A stretch of 64,000 bases of DNA, from the NCBI GenBank assembly GCA_040285825.1, contig JAUPSS010000002.1, forward strand, positions 2,790,001-2,854,000, in the 5' to 3' direction. The DNA is from Eukaryota sp. TZLM1-RC (taxonomy: Eukaryota > Protista > Metamonada: BaSk clade). The position numbers were made by a program, and so were the translations under genes. Below, piece by piece: positions 1 through 11,642 of the stretch. Numbering within the stretch: the stretch's first letter is position 1; each line of letters begins with the position of its first letter. The notes under the pieces were generated by a model. It saw only the letters and a program-made list of their open reading frames with translations, made no database searches and was not told the origin of the DNA.

Positions 1-1580
1 CACTTCCTAAATTAAACAACATTATTTTTGTTAGTCGTTCTGTCTACACATTCGTGGTAATTGATAATAGCTTAAATTTCTATTTTGGACTTATTAGGCA
101 CAATTTAACTAAAATTAATGTTATTGAACACCTAACTCCAAAAGAACTATCAGATTCTTGTCTTTTTCTTGACGATTTCCTGCTTTTCATTATTGATATT
201 AATGGTTGTCTTTGGCGATGTAAATTTGCTGATTCATCAGATGTTAAACCCACCAAAGTTCAAGGTTTAACTAATATTGTTTTTATTAGTGGTTATTACG
301 GTGTCTATGGGGCTGTCCGTGATGATGGTAAAGTTTTTGCATGGGGTGAATTGAATAGAATAAGTGAATTATATGAAAATAGTGGAGAACCAATATGTAT
401 TGAAGCTTTAACTAATGTAGAAGGTGTTTCAGTCGGTAGTCATTTCATTTTTGCCTACAACAAAACCACTGTTTGGGCTTGGGGAAGGAACGATGAAGGT
501 CAATTAGGTACAGGTGATTTGATTGATCGACCACAACCTGTCAAAGTATTTGGGTCTGAAATACTTGGCAGTTTTCATTATCAAAAACAACCTTTGGATA
601 GAATGTTTAGTGGTCTAATTAAGCTAATATGCAGACAGTATTTGAATTATCTGAATGATTCTATTAGTAATCATCTCTATGTTAAACCCAAATTTTACAG
701 CAAATGTGGTATTAGTAAGAGGGTAGCTCAATTCGCCAGAGAAGTGTTCAATGCTCATCCAATACACAACAAGATGTTTTTGAAAAACCCTCAAAATTTA
801 AATTTAAATGAAACTTGTTGTGACTTACAATTGCGATTCTTTGGTCCATATAAGGGTCCGAAAATAATAAATGCTAGAATTAAAGAACTTGATGTTTACT
901 ATTATGGTGTGGATTTCGATTCACAATTTTTTTCCCAATTTCCAAATGTGGAAGTTATTATTCTCAATGGTTCAGCAACTGAGCACAATATTTTAAATTT
1001 TCAACATTTACCTCGTCTCAAATTTTTGAAAATTGGTGATTATTATCGTTATTTTAATGCAATAATTGAACGGCTCCCTCTTTCACTAGAAACATTGGTT
1101 CTTCATAGCCACATTGATATTTCTGATATCAGTTATCTTGCTTCATTAAGAGAATGTGACGTAAAGGTGAGTTCGATTTGTGATAGAGTTTTTTTAAAAG
1201 GAGAATTGCCTTTACCTGATTCCATTGTGAAATTGAAAATTGAACTTTTAGATCCTGTCAACATTGAAATACAATTGCCTAATTTAAAGGAAATGATAAT
1301 TCAGGGTACAGTCCCTACCAATATCACTGAACAAAACTTTCCTTCTTTGAAGTTTGTTCAGATACTCAAACCTTCAAAAGAACATCTTTCACATTCTCCT
1401 CATTGTCCGATCAATTTGTTTGGTGATAATGTAATTAAATCTGTTGAATTAATCAAGAATGAATATTTACTTGAATTATCTTGTTTTCCATGGTGGATTC
1501 AATATTCCACTGATAAGTACTTGATTGAATTTTACAGAATTTTTCGCTCCTCTTTAAGTCAGCATGAGAACCATCAATAA
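1..1580 (+). CDS. RCC1-repeat protein with C-terminal leucine-rich-repeat-like region (5'-partial)
   Basis: RCC1 blade motifs (DDGKVFAWG; VSVGSHF..VWAWGRNDEGQLGTGD..DRPQPVKV) followed by LxxLxL repeats (LPRLKFLKI, LPLSLETLVL, LPNLKEMII, FPSLKFVQI). The frame is open back to the window edge (LPKLNNIIFVSRSVYTF), so the GTG at 54 is not the true start. AATAAA at about 1624. Confidence 0.85.
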   Translation, partial: LPKLNNIIFVSRSVYTFVVIDNSLNFYFGLIRHNLTKINVIEHLTPKELSDSCLFLDDFLLFIIDINGCLWRCKFADSSDVKPTKVQGLTNIVFISGYYGVYGAVRDDGKVFAWGELNRISELYENSGEPICIEALTNVEGVSVGSHFIFAYNKTTVWAWGRNDEGQLGTGDLIDRPQPVKVFGSEILGSFHYQKQPLDRMFSGLIKLICRQYLNYLNDSISNHLYVKPKFYSKCGISKRVAQFAREVFNAHPIHNKMFLKNPQNLNLNETCCDLQLRFFGPYKGPKIINARIKELDVYYYGVDFDSQFFSQFPNVEVIILNGSATEHNILNFQHLPRLKFLKIGDYYRYFNAIIERLPLSLETLVLHSHIDISDISYLASLRECDVKVSSICDRVFLKGELPLPDSIVKLKIELLDPVNIEIQLPNLKEMIIQGTVPTNITEQNFPSLKFVQILKPSKEHLSHSPHCPINLFGDNVIKSVELIKNEYLLELSCFPWWIQYSTDKYLIEFYRIFRSSLSQHENHQ

Positions 1581-2539
1581 CCTGTGGATAAATATTATCT
1601 TTTTAGTTTGTACAATTTTGAACAATAAAACAGATTTATGTATAACTTCTCATCTTTTTATAATTTTGCTCTTTTCATAATAAAGATGTTTATTTAGTGG
1701 TTTAGGCCGATTTTTGAAATTACTGTGCAGGATGTTGTTGACAGGTGAATGAATGAATCGTGAGTCATTGTTAACAAATACGAGTCTAATACACTTGAAC
1801 CTTGTCGACATTAAAGCTGCGTTACTGCTGCAAAAACCCTATTTTCCAAGAATTGTCCATTCTGGCAGGCCTGATTCGAGAATATAATGACTCGCTGAAC
1901 AGCTACACGTAATAATGTTGATTTCCATATTATCATCATGTTATATCATAAACAGCCAAGCTTTCCAGAAGTTCAGTTTTTTCTACTACGTGGGTCATAA
2001 CATCAGGTCGTATTCATTTAAACAAATGATTTCGTTGGCATTGAGCTTAATCATTTTTTGATATTTCAATATATCAAAATGTAAGAACTGAAGTAAATGC
2101 CATTACAGTTTTTTTATTTAAAATTTCTTTTTTATGACAGAAAAATTATTAGCATTTTTGATTTTAGTTTGGTTTTTCAAAAACAGTAATAATTTTGGAA
2201 TCATCCAAATGCTTGGACACTTCTTGCAAAATATGAACAATTTCGATACAGAAAGAAATTTGCTGTTTCAGGGCAGTCATTATCTCAGGTGTTACCATCC
2301 ACTATTCTTGTATTTCCCTATACCTTGTTGTGCATGCAAAAAATGGCTTAATTGTAGACCATGACTGGTCAAATGATGAGCAAAATTGTTGAATGAAGCC
2401 TCTCATCTGATTTTTCTAATTTTTTGACAAACACAACAGTATCAACCTGCTCAATGCTTACGAAATACGAAATGCAAATATGGTCCTTGTGTTTCTTTTG
2501 AGCAGATTATTTCCTGCTGATAATTCACTCAGAAAAAAT

Positions 2540-3100
2540 CAATTATCCATAATGATGTCCGTGATAATTGATCACCGATAATACATTAAGATAATGATGA
2601 TTAAGATAATGTGATTATCATAATGTGATTAACGTGATTGTATTGATGATCTATTCCACTGTGCTTATGATCTTGTTGGATTAGAACCATTGTTTGAGGA
2701 ATTCAATTTCAGTTTGAGCCAAAAACGAGGTGACATTCATTGTCTGGTATGATGGAAGTGAACAAATTATCGAATATACCACTGTATCTCCGTGGAAATG
2801 GAGTTCCAATACTGACATTGTGACATTTACAGAAGGTTGTAAAGATTTCCAAGAAATCAATATAGAAGTTCTCCTTCAACGTGTCAATGGAGCAAGGGAC
2901 AGAAAAATCAAGTTTGACCAAACTGCTGAATTTTTGGTACCATAGGAAGTCAATGTCTTCACTATTCAGATGATTTAGGAAAAGTATTCAAAACAAGTGG
3001 TCGTACATTTGATTTTCTGATTTGGAAGAACAGAATGTATTTTCGTTTTTCAAGGTTTATCCTTTTCTATATTAACTCCATCTTGAATAATATTATAAAG
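2540..3100 (+). mobile_element. Degenerate RLE-class non-LTR retrotransposon remnant
   Basis: Broken frames give HNDVRD (about 2548), LEPL, KRGDIHC../WYDGSEQII..TTVSP and IWKNR, matching the endonuclease region of the intact copies in this window. Confidence 0.6.
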
Positions 3101-3289
3101 TTTAATTTATGGGGTTTTAGAAAGTAAATTTATTAGTTAAGAATTCTGGAGTTTTGAAACGTGACTGGTCCCGGAATAGGTCCTTATTTTACAGCGTCCA
3201 AAAAATACACTTTCATATTATCGAAGTAATTCCTTCCAACGTCGATGAAGCTATTTATATAAATATTTAATAAACTTACACACTTCAAG

Positions 3290-3480
3290 ATATACTCATG
3301 TCTAATGGGAGGAAATTCATTGAACCAAGATTTCCTCTACAAAATTTTGATCCGCTTGCTGTCTAGCTAAAGCTTCTCTAATTCCATTGAAAAACCGAGG
3401 CAATCTATTAATTATAGCAAATTGAATTCGAGAGCGTCTTAAAAAATTATCAACTCTTTTCATTGTTTTTTCTTGATCCT
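3290..3480 (-). mobile_element. 3' end fragment of non-LTR retrotransposon (family of 62573-63266)
   Basis: Reverse complement closely matches 63060-63220 (IQFAIINRLPRFFNGIREALARQQADQ..VEEILVQ*). Confidence 0.8.
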
Positions 3481-4090
3481 ATCGATGAAGCTACAATTCA
3501 ATTACAATAATTGTTTCATGCAAGGACAGCAGGATGTTTTCAAAATGTGACCTTTGCAGAGTTCGCAAAAGCAAAAACTCGAATTATTGAAATAGTTTGA
3601 CCTAAAAAGCGAACTACTTCTTCTCAAGGTGTTTAATGTACAAATTATTCCAATACATCTATTTCACAATTAAATATTGTAAATGATACATCAAAACCGA
3701 AATTGTTGTCGGATGTCCACAACAAAACCCATTCAATTCCCAAGAAATTATCTATTATTAAATTTTTTGTAAACATCAATAATCCAGCCAATAACCATGC
3801 TTTTCATCAATATCCTTGGTGTATTCGGTGTTTTGGTGTTAACCAATCAGTCACTGAATTATGGTAATACTGATACATAAATCTATTTTGATTCTTAAGA
3901 ATGAATTTTTATTGAATATTTCAGACATTATTTCCAGAAATTGTAAAACTAGTATTACTACATCTCAAATCTCATTTATCTTGTTTATCGTAGCATAATA
4001 TTTCTTAAAAATTGTATTGTTTAACAATAAAATTCCTGAACCGAAAACTGATTGAATTAATTTATGAAATGAAAGTAACTAAATTTAAAA

Positions 4091-6943
4091 CTAATAATAT
4101 GAATCGCCTTGAAACAGACCAGCTTTGGGTTTACAAGTAGCAGTAAGCCGTCTAAATACTCGAGGCCGATCACTGTGAGGGGGAAAAACTAGCATCATTT
4201 CGTCTACATTTCTACAACTAAATAATTTGTTCATTATAGCTGAAGCTTCTTCAGCACTAAATTTTACTTCAAATTGAGTTCTGATAAAATGAGCACCTGT
4301 TTGAGTTCGAAGTAAGCATTTCACAAGAGTCAAAAATTCAGACACAAACTGAGGTTCAGAGTGAACCAAAATTTCGGCGACAAATGCACTCATCAGTGTC
4401 AACTGATCTTGACTAACAACTTCGGTATGGTCCGTAACCTTGACAAAATCAACAAGGAATTTTGCTGCTTTGGAGCAAGTAGATGGTGACCTACTTAACA
4501 AACATTTGCAGCAGAAACAAACCATAAACCCTAATACCTCACATGAATAAAGAAAAATATCACAAGCAGCTAATTTTCTGAAAAAAATACACATATTCGA
4601 ACTGAGCTCTACATCAGAATCAATTGTTTCAATAGAAATTTGGTCAAAATATTGGAAAAGTGAGTCTGAATGATGGAACTTTGGAAATTTCAAATTAACA
4701 AATTTTGAGGTAAATTCATGAGCAACACCATGAATAAAATTATTAATTTTTGGTGACGTTGATCGACAAATCGAGGTATCAAAAGTGACGTGGCAATTTG
4801 ACCTAAAGTTGGAACAAGAAAGAGCTTTGATTAAACAGTAAATGGCAACAGAAGGGGATGGGGTGAACAATTTTCGAATAATGTCGACAATTCCACTACA
4901 AATTCTTGGAATTATTGGAGTAAATTTTGCTAAAAGTTGTTCTAAATAATCGGTGATTTCTAGCGCAAATTCTGGAACAGAACTTAATACCAAAATAATT
5001 GAGTTTAAAGAATTAATAGAGTTAACAAGATCATTGTAAAAGGAGGGGTCTACAGTGATTTCTTCTTTTTCCAAATCAATAACTTCTTCCTCGTTAACGC
5101 TTGTCAAGATCTCTATTGAGCTAAATTTAAGTAGAGAAGTTATTATTGAAATAATTTTGCTTAAATATTGTACAGAATCTTGGTTTTCAGGGACAAAATT
5201 GGAAACAATAGAAGAGAGAGTGACACCGAGATTTTTGATAACCAAATCCAAATATTGGATATGAAGTTCAATATTTGGTTTCGAAATTTTCGAAATTAAA
5301 GTTGCACAAACCTTCGACACTTTGAAATTTGATAAGGTAGTTAAAGAGCTCAACAAAAAATTCAGCATGTCAACACTTTGTAATAACTCTGGAGAGGAGT
5401 CAGATATGGAGAGCAATACTAATCTAGAATCTTCTGAAATATTTAAATTTTCACACCTGAAACCCAAATCAATCAAAATATTCATCAACCCATCAGTTAG
5501 AGAAGGATCCAAAACTTTTAGTTGATTAAAAAAATTGGAAAAAGTGGTAAGAAACTTTAGAGAATACACAACTAAAGTTTCTTTAAAATTATTTTCCAAA
5601 ACAAATTTACAAAATCTAAACAAATGGAGTAAAAAGTTATGGTAATTTTTGATTGGAATGTAATCAGCAACTGCATTGATTGCAATCAAACCAGCCGATG
5701 TCGACTGCCAGTCAATACTTAAAGGGTCAAAAGGAACAGGGAAAAGATTGATTAGCAAGGGCTCACAATCCCCAATATTTAAAAAATTGGACACGAACAA
5801 TGAATCAAAAGCATCAACAGCTATCGAAATAATTAATTTCGAATTTTCTGACATTTTAAAATTTTCTTCTACGCTTTTTGTGATCTGATGTATGACAAGC
5901 TTGAAAATTTCACCACTCTTGACACGCATTTCCTTGATAGTCTCCTCATCTCGACATTCTACATTGACCAACCCCAAAACGACATCACATGAAGCTTCAA
6001 AAGTAGAACAGTCGTCGTCAGTCAACAACAAGCTCAAAATATCGACAGATTTCAACAACATTCTGTTCAGATTTTGACACATATCGACTTCCTTTACTCT
6101 ACCTACAACTGTGTCGTAAAAGTCCACAACAGATCTTAGTAGAAGAGCTGCCTCAAAAGAATAATTATTTATAATTCCTGATTGAGGTAAAAAATTTAGT
6201 AATTCATTGAAAAAATTAATTAGCAAATACTGAGATGATTTCGAACGAAGTGGATGGCTACAAATTGCAGAATACAAATGCAAGCAAGTAGTGCAATAAT
6301 TGTCAATATTTAAAAATTTCATAGTAGAGCTCAACAAGGGCTCAGGTATTTTATTTAAAGAAACATAAGAAGCATTAAGCCAGGAATCTAGACATTGTAG
6401 ACTAAGTAAAACAGTATTTTCTGAATCCAACATTGAAATACAATAAGAAATAATATTATCGATCAAATTATTGAATAACTGGCATTCTTTTGCATAAATA
6501 TCGTTTGATCTTCTCAATGTATCAGCTTCTTCTATTAATAACCTAAGATACTGAAGAAAAAGATCAGGTCTGTTCTGGAGCTTGGGGTAAAGTTCCTCTA
6601 GGGGATTGGCAATATGAGTAGGGAAAAGTAGCAGAGAAAGCTTAGCAAGACAGACACATAGCTTGGTGGTGATGTACTGGGGAAAAGGTGAAGTCAGAAG
6701 GGAGAGAAGAAGGGGTAGAAAGGATGGATCGGGAGTGGTAGATGTCTTTGAGAGATGAAGATCAATCGATTGTGCAGCCCAGAAGACAACGTGAGGAGAA
6801 GAATGGGAGAGTAATTCTGGAAGGATCTGCTGCAATTGTGGATGGTCAACTATAGATAGTAGATATTGGTGGGATTCATGTTGAGTATGCCCTGAAGATT
6901 GATAGAAGTTGAGTATATGGTTGACGACATCATGTGAATTCAT
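4091..6943 (-). CDS. Importin-beta family karyopherin (importin-13/transportin-SR-like), HEAT repeats
   Basis: 950-aa intact helical ORF. N-terminal IBN_N-like segment (SHQYLLSI..PQLQQILPELL..VVFWAAQSIDLHL) and Xpo1-like motifs (TKLCVCLAKL, LRLLIEE, SLQCLDSWL). Confidence 0.75.
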   Translation of the reverse strand: MNSHDVVNHILNFYQSSGHTQHESHQYLLSIVDHPQLQQILPELLSHSSPHVVFWAAQSIDLHLSKTSTTPDPSFLPLLLSLLTSPFPQYITTKLCVCLAKLSLLLFPTHIANPLEELYPKLQNRPDLFLQYLRLLIEEADTLRRSNDIYAKECQLFNNLIDNIISYCISMLDSENTVLLSLQCLDSWLNASYVSLNKIPEPLLSSTMKFLNIDNYCTTCLHLYSAICSHPLRSKSSQYLLINFFNELLNFLPQSGIINNYSFEAALLLRSVVDFYDTVVGRVKEVDMCQNLNRMLLKSVDILSLLLTDDDCSTFEASCDVVLGLVNVECRDEETIKEMRVKSGEIFKLVIHQITKSVEENFKMSENSKLIISIAVDAFDSLFVSNFLNIGDCEPLLINLFPVPFDPLSIDWQSTSAGLIAINAVADYIPIKNYHNFLLHLFRFCKFVLENNFKETLVVYSLKFLTTFSNFFNQLKVLDPSLTDGLMNILIDLGFRCENLNISEDSRLVLLSISDSSPELLQSVDMLNFLLSSLTTLSNFKVSKVCATLISKISKPNIELHIQYLDLVIKNLGVTLSSIVSNFVPENQDSVQYLSKIISIITSLLKFSSIEILTSVNEEEVIDLEKEEITVDPSFYNDLVNSINSLNSIILVLSSVPEFALEITDYLEQLLAKFTPIIPRICSGIVDIIRKLFTPSPSVAIYCLIKALSCSNFRSNCHVTFDTSICRSTSPKINNFIHGVAHEFTSKFVNLKFPKFHHSDSLFQYFDQISIETIDSDVELSSNMCIFFRKLAACDIFLYSCEVLGFMVCFCCKCLLSRSPSTCSKAAKFLVDFVKVTDHTEVVSQDQLTLMSAFVAEILVHSEPQFVSEFLTLVKCLLRTQTGAHFIRTQFEVKFSAEEASAIMNKLFSCRNVDEMMLVFPPHSDRPRVFRRLTATCKPKAGLFQGDSYY

Positions 6944-8300
6944 ATGACTGAATTGGGTGGGGTGAACTTGAGCAGCGAAATGGTTTTATGGTATACCTTT
7001 TTCAAAATGGATAGGATTAAAAACACTAAACTTTATTCAGAAAGTTCCAAGTACATCATGTCTAGTATCGAGACTGATGGAATAGCAGTAAGTTTCATCC
7101 AATCTAGAATGGACTTCAAAAAGTACAAAGTAACTGCAAAAGAATTGAAAGATAAAGAAAGATATATTGATGACCCTAGTATCAATCCTTCTGAGTTTCA
7201 AGATATGACCCTTGGTGCTGCTGATCCAGGGAAATCTGATCTACTCTATTTTTCTGCCAATTTAGCTACTGGAATGACTCATTCAAAAAAACTGAGAGAT
7301 AAATATGTTCATTTCAGGTACACTCAAAATCAACGAAGATTTGAGTCAAAAAGTTCCTAAATTCAAAAGAATAAGAGACAGCATATGGAATGACACTCTT
7401 ATCACAATAAGTAACTCTACTGGTAGAGTGATTGATCTATCCAATTATGAACCATCTGAAGAGCAACAACAAAGAATGGATTTAAGCAGCAGTATAATTA
7501 TTCAAATGACAGAAAGAATAATTAGTTTATTAAGAGGTGAAGTACCTCAAAAAAATCAATATTCCCCACGAAATTGATCACTCCTTCAATTTAAGAAACA
7601 ATGATCACATGACTAAATCTTTAGTAGAATGGGAAGCAACTGTATCCCAATTCAATTACAAAAGCTGCAGGTTTGATAGATTTATGGAGTATATTGAACA
7701 AAAGAATTATGCGAATAGTATTGTTGGTGAAGTCTATCATCAAAAAATATTTAGGAAACTAAGATGGTGGGCTGAGATTAATCGCACAAGATCTGAAGCA
7801 AAAATGATTCAGAGATTCAAATCAGTAATTGGTGATCCCAGCCAAGTAGTTATCGGAATTGGAGACTGGGAACAACGAAAACGCATGAAATTCAAAGAAC
7901 CTACCAAAGGAAAAGGGTTGAGAATTCTATTTAAAAAGGCTGGTTATAAGGTCTTTTTGATTGATGAGTTTCGAACCAGTTGCTGTTGCTTCAACTGTAA
8001 GAAAGCGGAGAAAACAGTTGAAACATTCCGATGGTGCAGAAATCCTAGGCCATGGAAGAGGCATGAGATGTCTATTCGTCACGGGCTTACCATGTGTAAA
8101 TCATGCGAAAGTTTGTGGAATAGAGATCGAAATGCTTCGCTGAATATGTTGGCAGTAATGGAAGCATATATAAATGGTGAAGATAGACAGGAATACCTAC
8201 AGAGACCCAAGATTGACAAAGGTTCAAAGAAAATGGTATCAAGAAGAAAATCCTCCACCTCTCAAAAACTCAGTCCCTCTACATTGGTGTAAAGAGGACA
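6944..8300 (+). mobile_element. Fanzor A: 5'-truncated Fanzor1-type (TnpB-derived) RNA-guided nuclease gene split over three frames
   Basis: WED motif IETDGIAVS, RuvC-I AADPGKSDL, FRYTQNQRR, FRKLRW, IGDW..KEPTKGKG, RuvC-II DEFRTS, zinc finger CFNC/CKSC and RuvC-III WNRDRNASLNM. Frames join by removing one A from A5 (7348-7352) and one from A7 (7549-7555). Confidence 0.9.
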
Positions 8301-8333
8301 CTTATTTCATTGTTATAGACATCATCTGTTTCA

Positions 8334-9818
8334 ATGACTACTGAAGAATCTGTTGTCTCCTCATCACCTCATTCTACTACAAGCCTCTCTGACCATAGGG
8401 ACGCACTACGCCAACGTCTCAAAGAACGTCTCCTTCGATGTGAACAAACAGAACAACGTCTCCGTGCCTCCATGGATCACTGCTCTTCTTCTTCACCTAA
8501 ATCTCCCCGCGATCCTTTCATTGTTTCACAAACTGTTTCTATCCCAAACAAGACACCTTCCACACCTAAGCTCACCATATCCACAGCCTCCAAACCTTCT
8601 TCTCCCAAATCTCCACGTTGTCGTTCTCCTCGTCTTACACCCACAGAAGCTGTCATTTCAGACAGTGCCAGATCAAGGGCTGCCATACATGATGAAAAGA
8701 GAAGGCGGAAACAAGCTGAATTGGAAAAGAAAAGAAAGCAGGAAGAGGCAGCAATACGAGCTGAAAAGCTTAATAGAGTAATGCTAGCGCAGAAGGAAGC
8801 TCTCAAAAGAAGTCCAAAAAGAAAAATGTGTATAAATACCCAAAATGAGGAGTCACGTGATCAGGTCAAAAGTCCACGTGACCAGGTCAAAAGTCCACGG
8901 TTTTCTGAAGAAACGCAGACACAATTAGATAAAATTGATCGGGAACGGAAAGTTGCTGTTCGGAAAGCGCAAAAAGCTAGTCCAAAAAGCCAATCAAGTT
9001 CTAATCAATCAACCCCCAGTCAACAAAAGTCTTTAAATTATGATCCTGATTACGTATCATCAGTCAGAATGACGCTGGCGGAGATTCGGGCGTCAAAGGT
9101 CCGAGGACCAAAAAAGACGATCAAAAAGTGTCCTTCGTTGACCAGTAACAATTTCCTGGAGAATATTGTAGAGAAAGTGTCGGATAACGAACCTGTTACT
9201 CAGTCAGAATACCATTCATCAGTCAATCCATCACGTCGACAGTCAGAAACTGAACTGGAATCAGAACCTGCTGTCGAATCAAAGGTTGAATCTTCAGTTA
9301 TTCAATCAACGAATCAATCAAATAGTCAATCAGAGTCAGTTTCCTCACCTAAGCCTAGTGCAGAACCCAAACCACGTCCAATAGAGGCTGAATTGGGATC
9401 AGATACAGAAAGTCATAATAATAGCCAAATTTTGGGCTTGTCAGACTGTCAAACAGACACTGATACAATCAACATCCCAAATGACCCATTAGATCAAGCT
9501 CATTTACTTTCTGTTATTTCAAATGGTGCTGAATTGCTCAAATATTCGAAAGAGGGTAGACCTCAACGTCAATTCTGCGTCATCGTCCCTGAAGAAGTGA
9601 CCATTTATTACGGGAAATCTGTTAACCAGAAAACTTTAAAAACTGGTACAATTACCTCCCTAACAATTGGTAATCCATTTGGAATCTTTATTCCCCTTTG
9701 TTTTACTTTGAAATTACTTGGAGGTGATTTAATGGTGCTTGCAACTGAAGATGAACAAGTTTTTGATAGCTGGACAAGGGGTATAAAGTTGGTATTGGAT
9801 CATGTGGCTTCTTTTTAA
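8334..9818 (+). CDS. Ser/Pro-rich coiled-coil protein with C-terminal PH domain
   Basis: C-terminal GAELLKYSKEGRPQRQFC...CFTL..GDLMVLATEDEQVFDSWTRGIKLVL is a PH-fold signature. N-terminal half is low-complexity with many SP/TP sites and a 21-bp tandem duplication (RDQVKSP x2). Confidence 0.75.
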   Translation: MTTEESVVSSSPHSTTSLSDHRDALRQRLKERLLRCEQTEQRLRASMDHCSSSSPKSPRDPFIVSQTVSIPNKTPSTPKLTISTASKPSSPKSPRCRSPRLTPTEAVISDSARSRAAIHDEKRRRKQAELEKKRKQEEAAIRAEKLNRVMLAQKEALKRSPKRKMCINTQNEESRDQVKSPRDQVKSPRFSEETQTQLDKIDRERKVAVRKAQKASPKSQSSSNQSTPSQQKSLNYDPDYVSSVRMTLAEIRASKVRGPKKTIKKCPSLTSNNFLENIVEKVSDNEPVTQSEYHSSVNPSRRQSETELESEPAVESKVESSVIQSTNQSNSQSESVSSPKPSAEPKPRPIEAELGSDTESHNNSQILGLSDCQTDTDTINIPNDPLDQAHLLSVISNGAELLKYSKEGRPQRQFCVIVPEEVTIYYGKSVNQKTLKTGTITSLTIGNPFGIFIPLCFTLKLLGGDLMVLATEDEQVFDSWTRGIKLVLDHVASF

Positions 9819-10029
9819 TAATTTATCTTTTGTTTAATTATTTTGTGAATATATATTTGTAATAAAGTAGTTTTTTTTCATTTTAGGTCCATCATTACTG
9901 AGCATGAATAATAAAATAATGAATACATTATAGAGTTTTAAATTGTTGTATTGAAATATAATTGAAGCAAATTTATTCGTGAATGGTGTCAACTTTATCT
10001 TAGAAAATGTTTTTGAAAACCAAGAGATT

Positions 10030-11165
10030 TGAATGTGGTAAAAGTTAATTCGTAAATTAGTTCAATATCAGTTGTGGAAATGCAGCAGAAAACAATTGTA
10101 ACAAGTAATAAACAAATATTTCAATCGACAATTCTACAAATTTTTGATTAAAATTCAACAGCTTTTGATAAAAACCGAGGTGAATAATGATAGAATTTTA
10201 CATATTTTTCAAAAAAGTTTTACTGAATAGGTCTGGTAAAACAATGAATTCCACTTTCTGGTTAAATAGAAATGTTTTTTGCGTTTTCAAGTCTATTCCA
10301 ACAATGATTTCTAAGGCTCTTTTAGCTATTGGTGTAGAATATGAACGAAATGCTGTGAGTAGGTTTAATAATAGTGACGCTTGTTTGGAGAATATTGAAT
10401 ACTAGATAGAATCTTTATTTCAATAAGAATAGAGTACTTTAAAACAAACTTTACATATTCACCACATTTCTAAGCGAAGAGGATCGAAGTACTTAGTGGG
10501 AAAAAATGATCTTTAATACTCACGAGCTACAATACTGTATACAACTGAATTACTTCTTGTTAAAATGCAACAACTAACAAAATAAAACCATAACTAATGG
10601 GAAAAAATCATTAAACCAAGATTTCCTCTACAAAATCTTGATCTAATTGTTTTCTCGCAATAACTTCTCTTATTCAGTAAAAACCGTTGTAATGATCAGT
10701 TGAAACGGATTGAATTCGAGAGCACCATGAAAAGGTAACAAGTCTCTGGATAGTTCTTGACCTTTTCTAAATAAATACATTTCATACACATATTTTAAAT
10801 CAACATTTAAGTAATCGATCCCTCCCAAAACAAAACATCTGACGGCACCTCTCTGATGATGATGTCCATGAAAAAGCACAATGTTGGAAACCATCTTCCA
10901 TAACCTCTTAAAATTAAAAAAGCAATTCTACAAAAAACAATGCCAAAAAAATTTGTTGAAATTTCTCTTGGTCGTTCGTCTAGGAATGAGTTCCAAATGT
11001 GCTAATAAACGTAGAGTGGTTAGAGCAAGTGAACCAAATAGAAACAATTCCAAAGGATACAAATTGTATTTTGCACGACGTTGGCTGGACAATTTGGATA
11101 AAGGACCACTACATTTTTTAAATTTCGAAATTTTCATTATTTGAAAGAGGATTATGAACTTAACA
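10030..11165. mobile_element. Cluster of three retrotransposon 3' fragments (+ about 10030-10405; - about 10595-10790; - about 10795-11165)
   Basis: 10187-10405 matches the end of 35737-36291 (FWLNRNVF..ALLAIGVEYE..LENIEY*). 10595-10760 matches the 63060-63220 family. 10800-11165 matches 26130-26490 (KYNLYP..LFGSLA..RRT.RNFN). Confidence 0.8.
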
Positions 11166-11642
11166 GGTAACTTTTCAATTGATACATTACGAAAATTCTC
11201 AAAACGCAAAAGAACACAATTGTGAGTTGAAACTAATTAGGGTTGGCAAAGAAACAGTAATTAAAATTTTAATATTTTGATTAACCAACAGTTAATCTTT
11301 ATCAGGTTACATGTCAAAATCCTGTTTGGCAGTTTGAATTAACCGTATTTATTTATGTGTCTTGAGCATAATTGTTTAAAAAAACATTCAAGTCATTTAC
11401 AACAATGATTTAATATTTCATCTTTAATATTTTTTGGGTCTACAATTATGAATCCTTAATTAACGAAACTATTGTGCTATTTACTAGTTCATTGGGTGAT
11501 TGTTATTTTCCAAAACAAGTCAATAATGTTGACACCTAGATGGAAAAAGGAATGAAACACGGTGTATTAATTGAATAAATTGATTGTAATTTAATAAACA
11601 CTATTTGACTGTGTATAAATAAAATAAAAGTCAATTAAAATA

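Noticed and set aside
2586-2645. Short degenerate tandem repeat (GATTAAGATAATGT-like)
   Set aside because: Local slippage within a decayed retrotransposon; no evidence of function.
5055-6077. Short antisense or overlapping ORFs inside importin (similarly inside the kinesins, CAP-D2 and RNase H genes)
   Set aside because: Shadow ORFs of long coding sequences, with no independent motifs.
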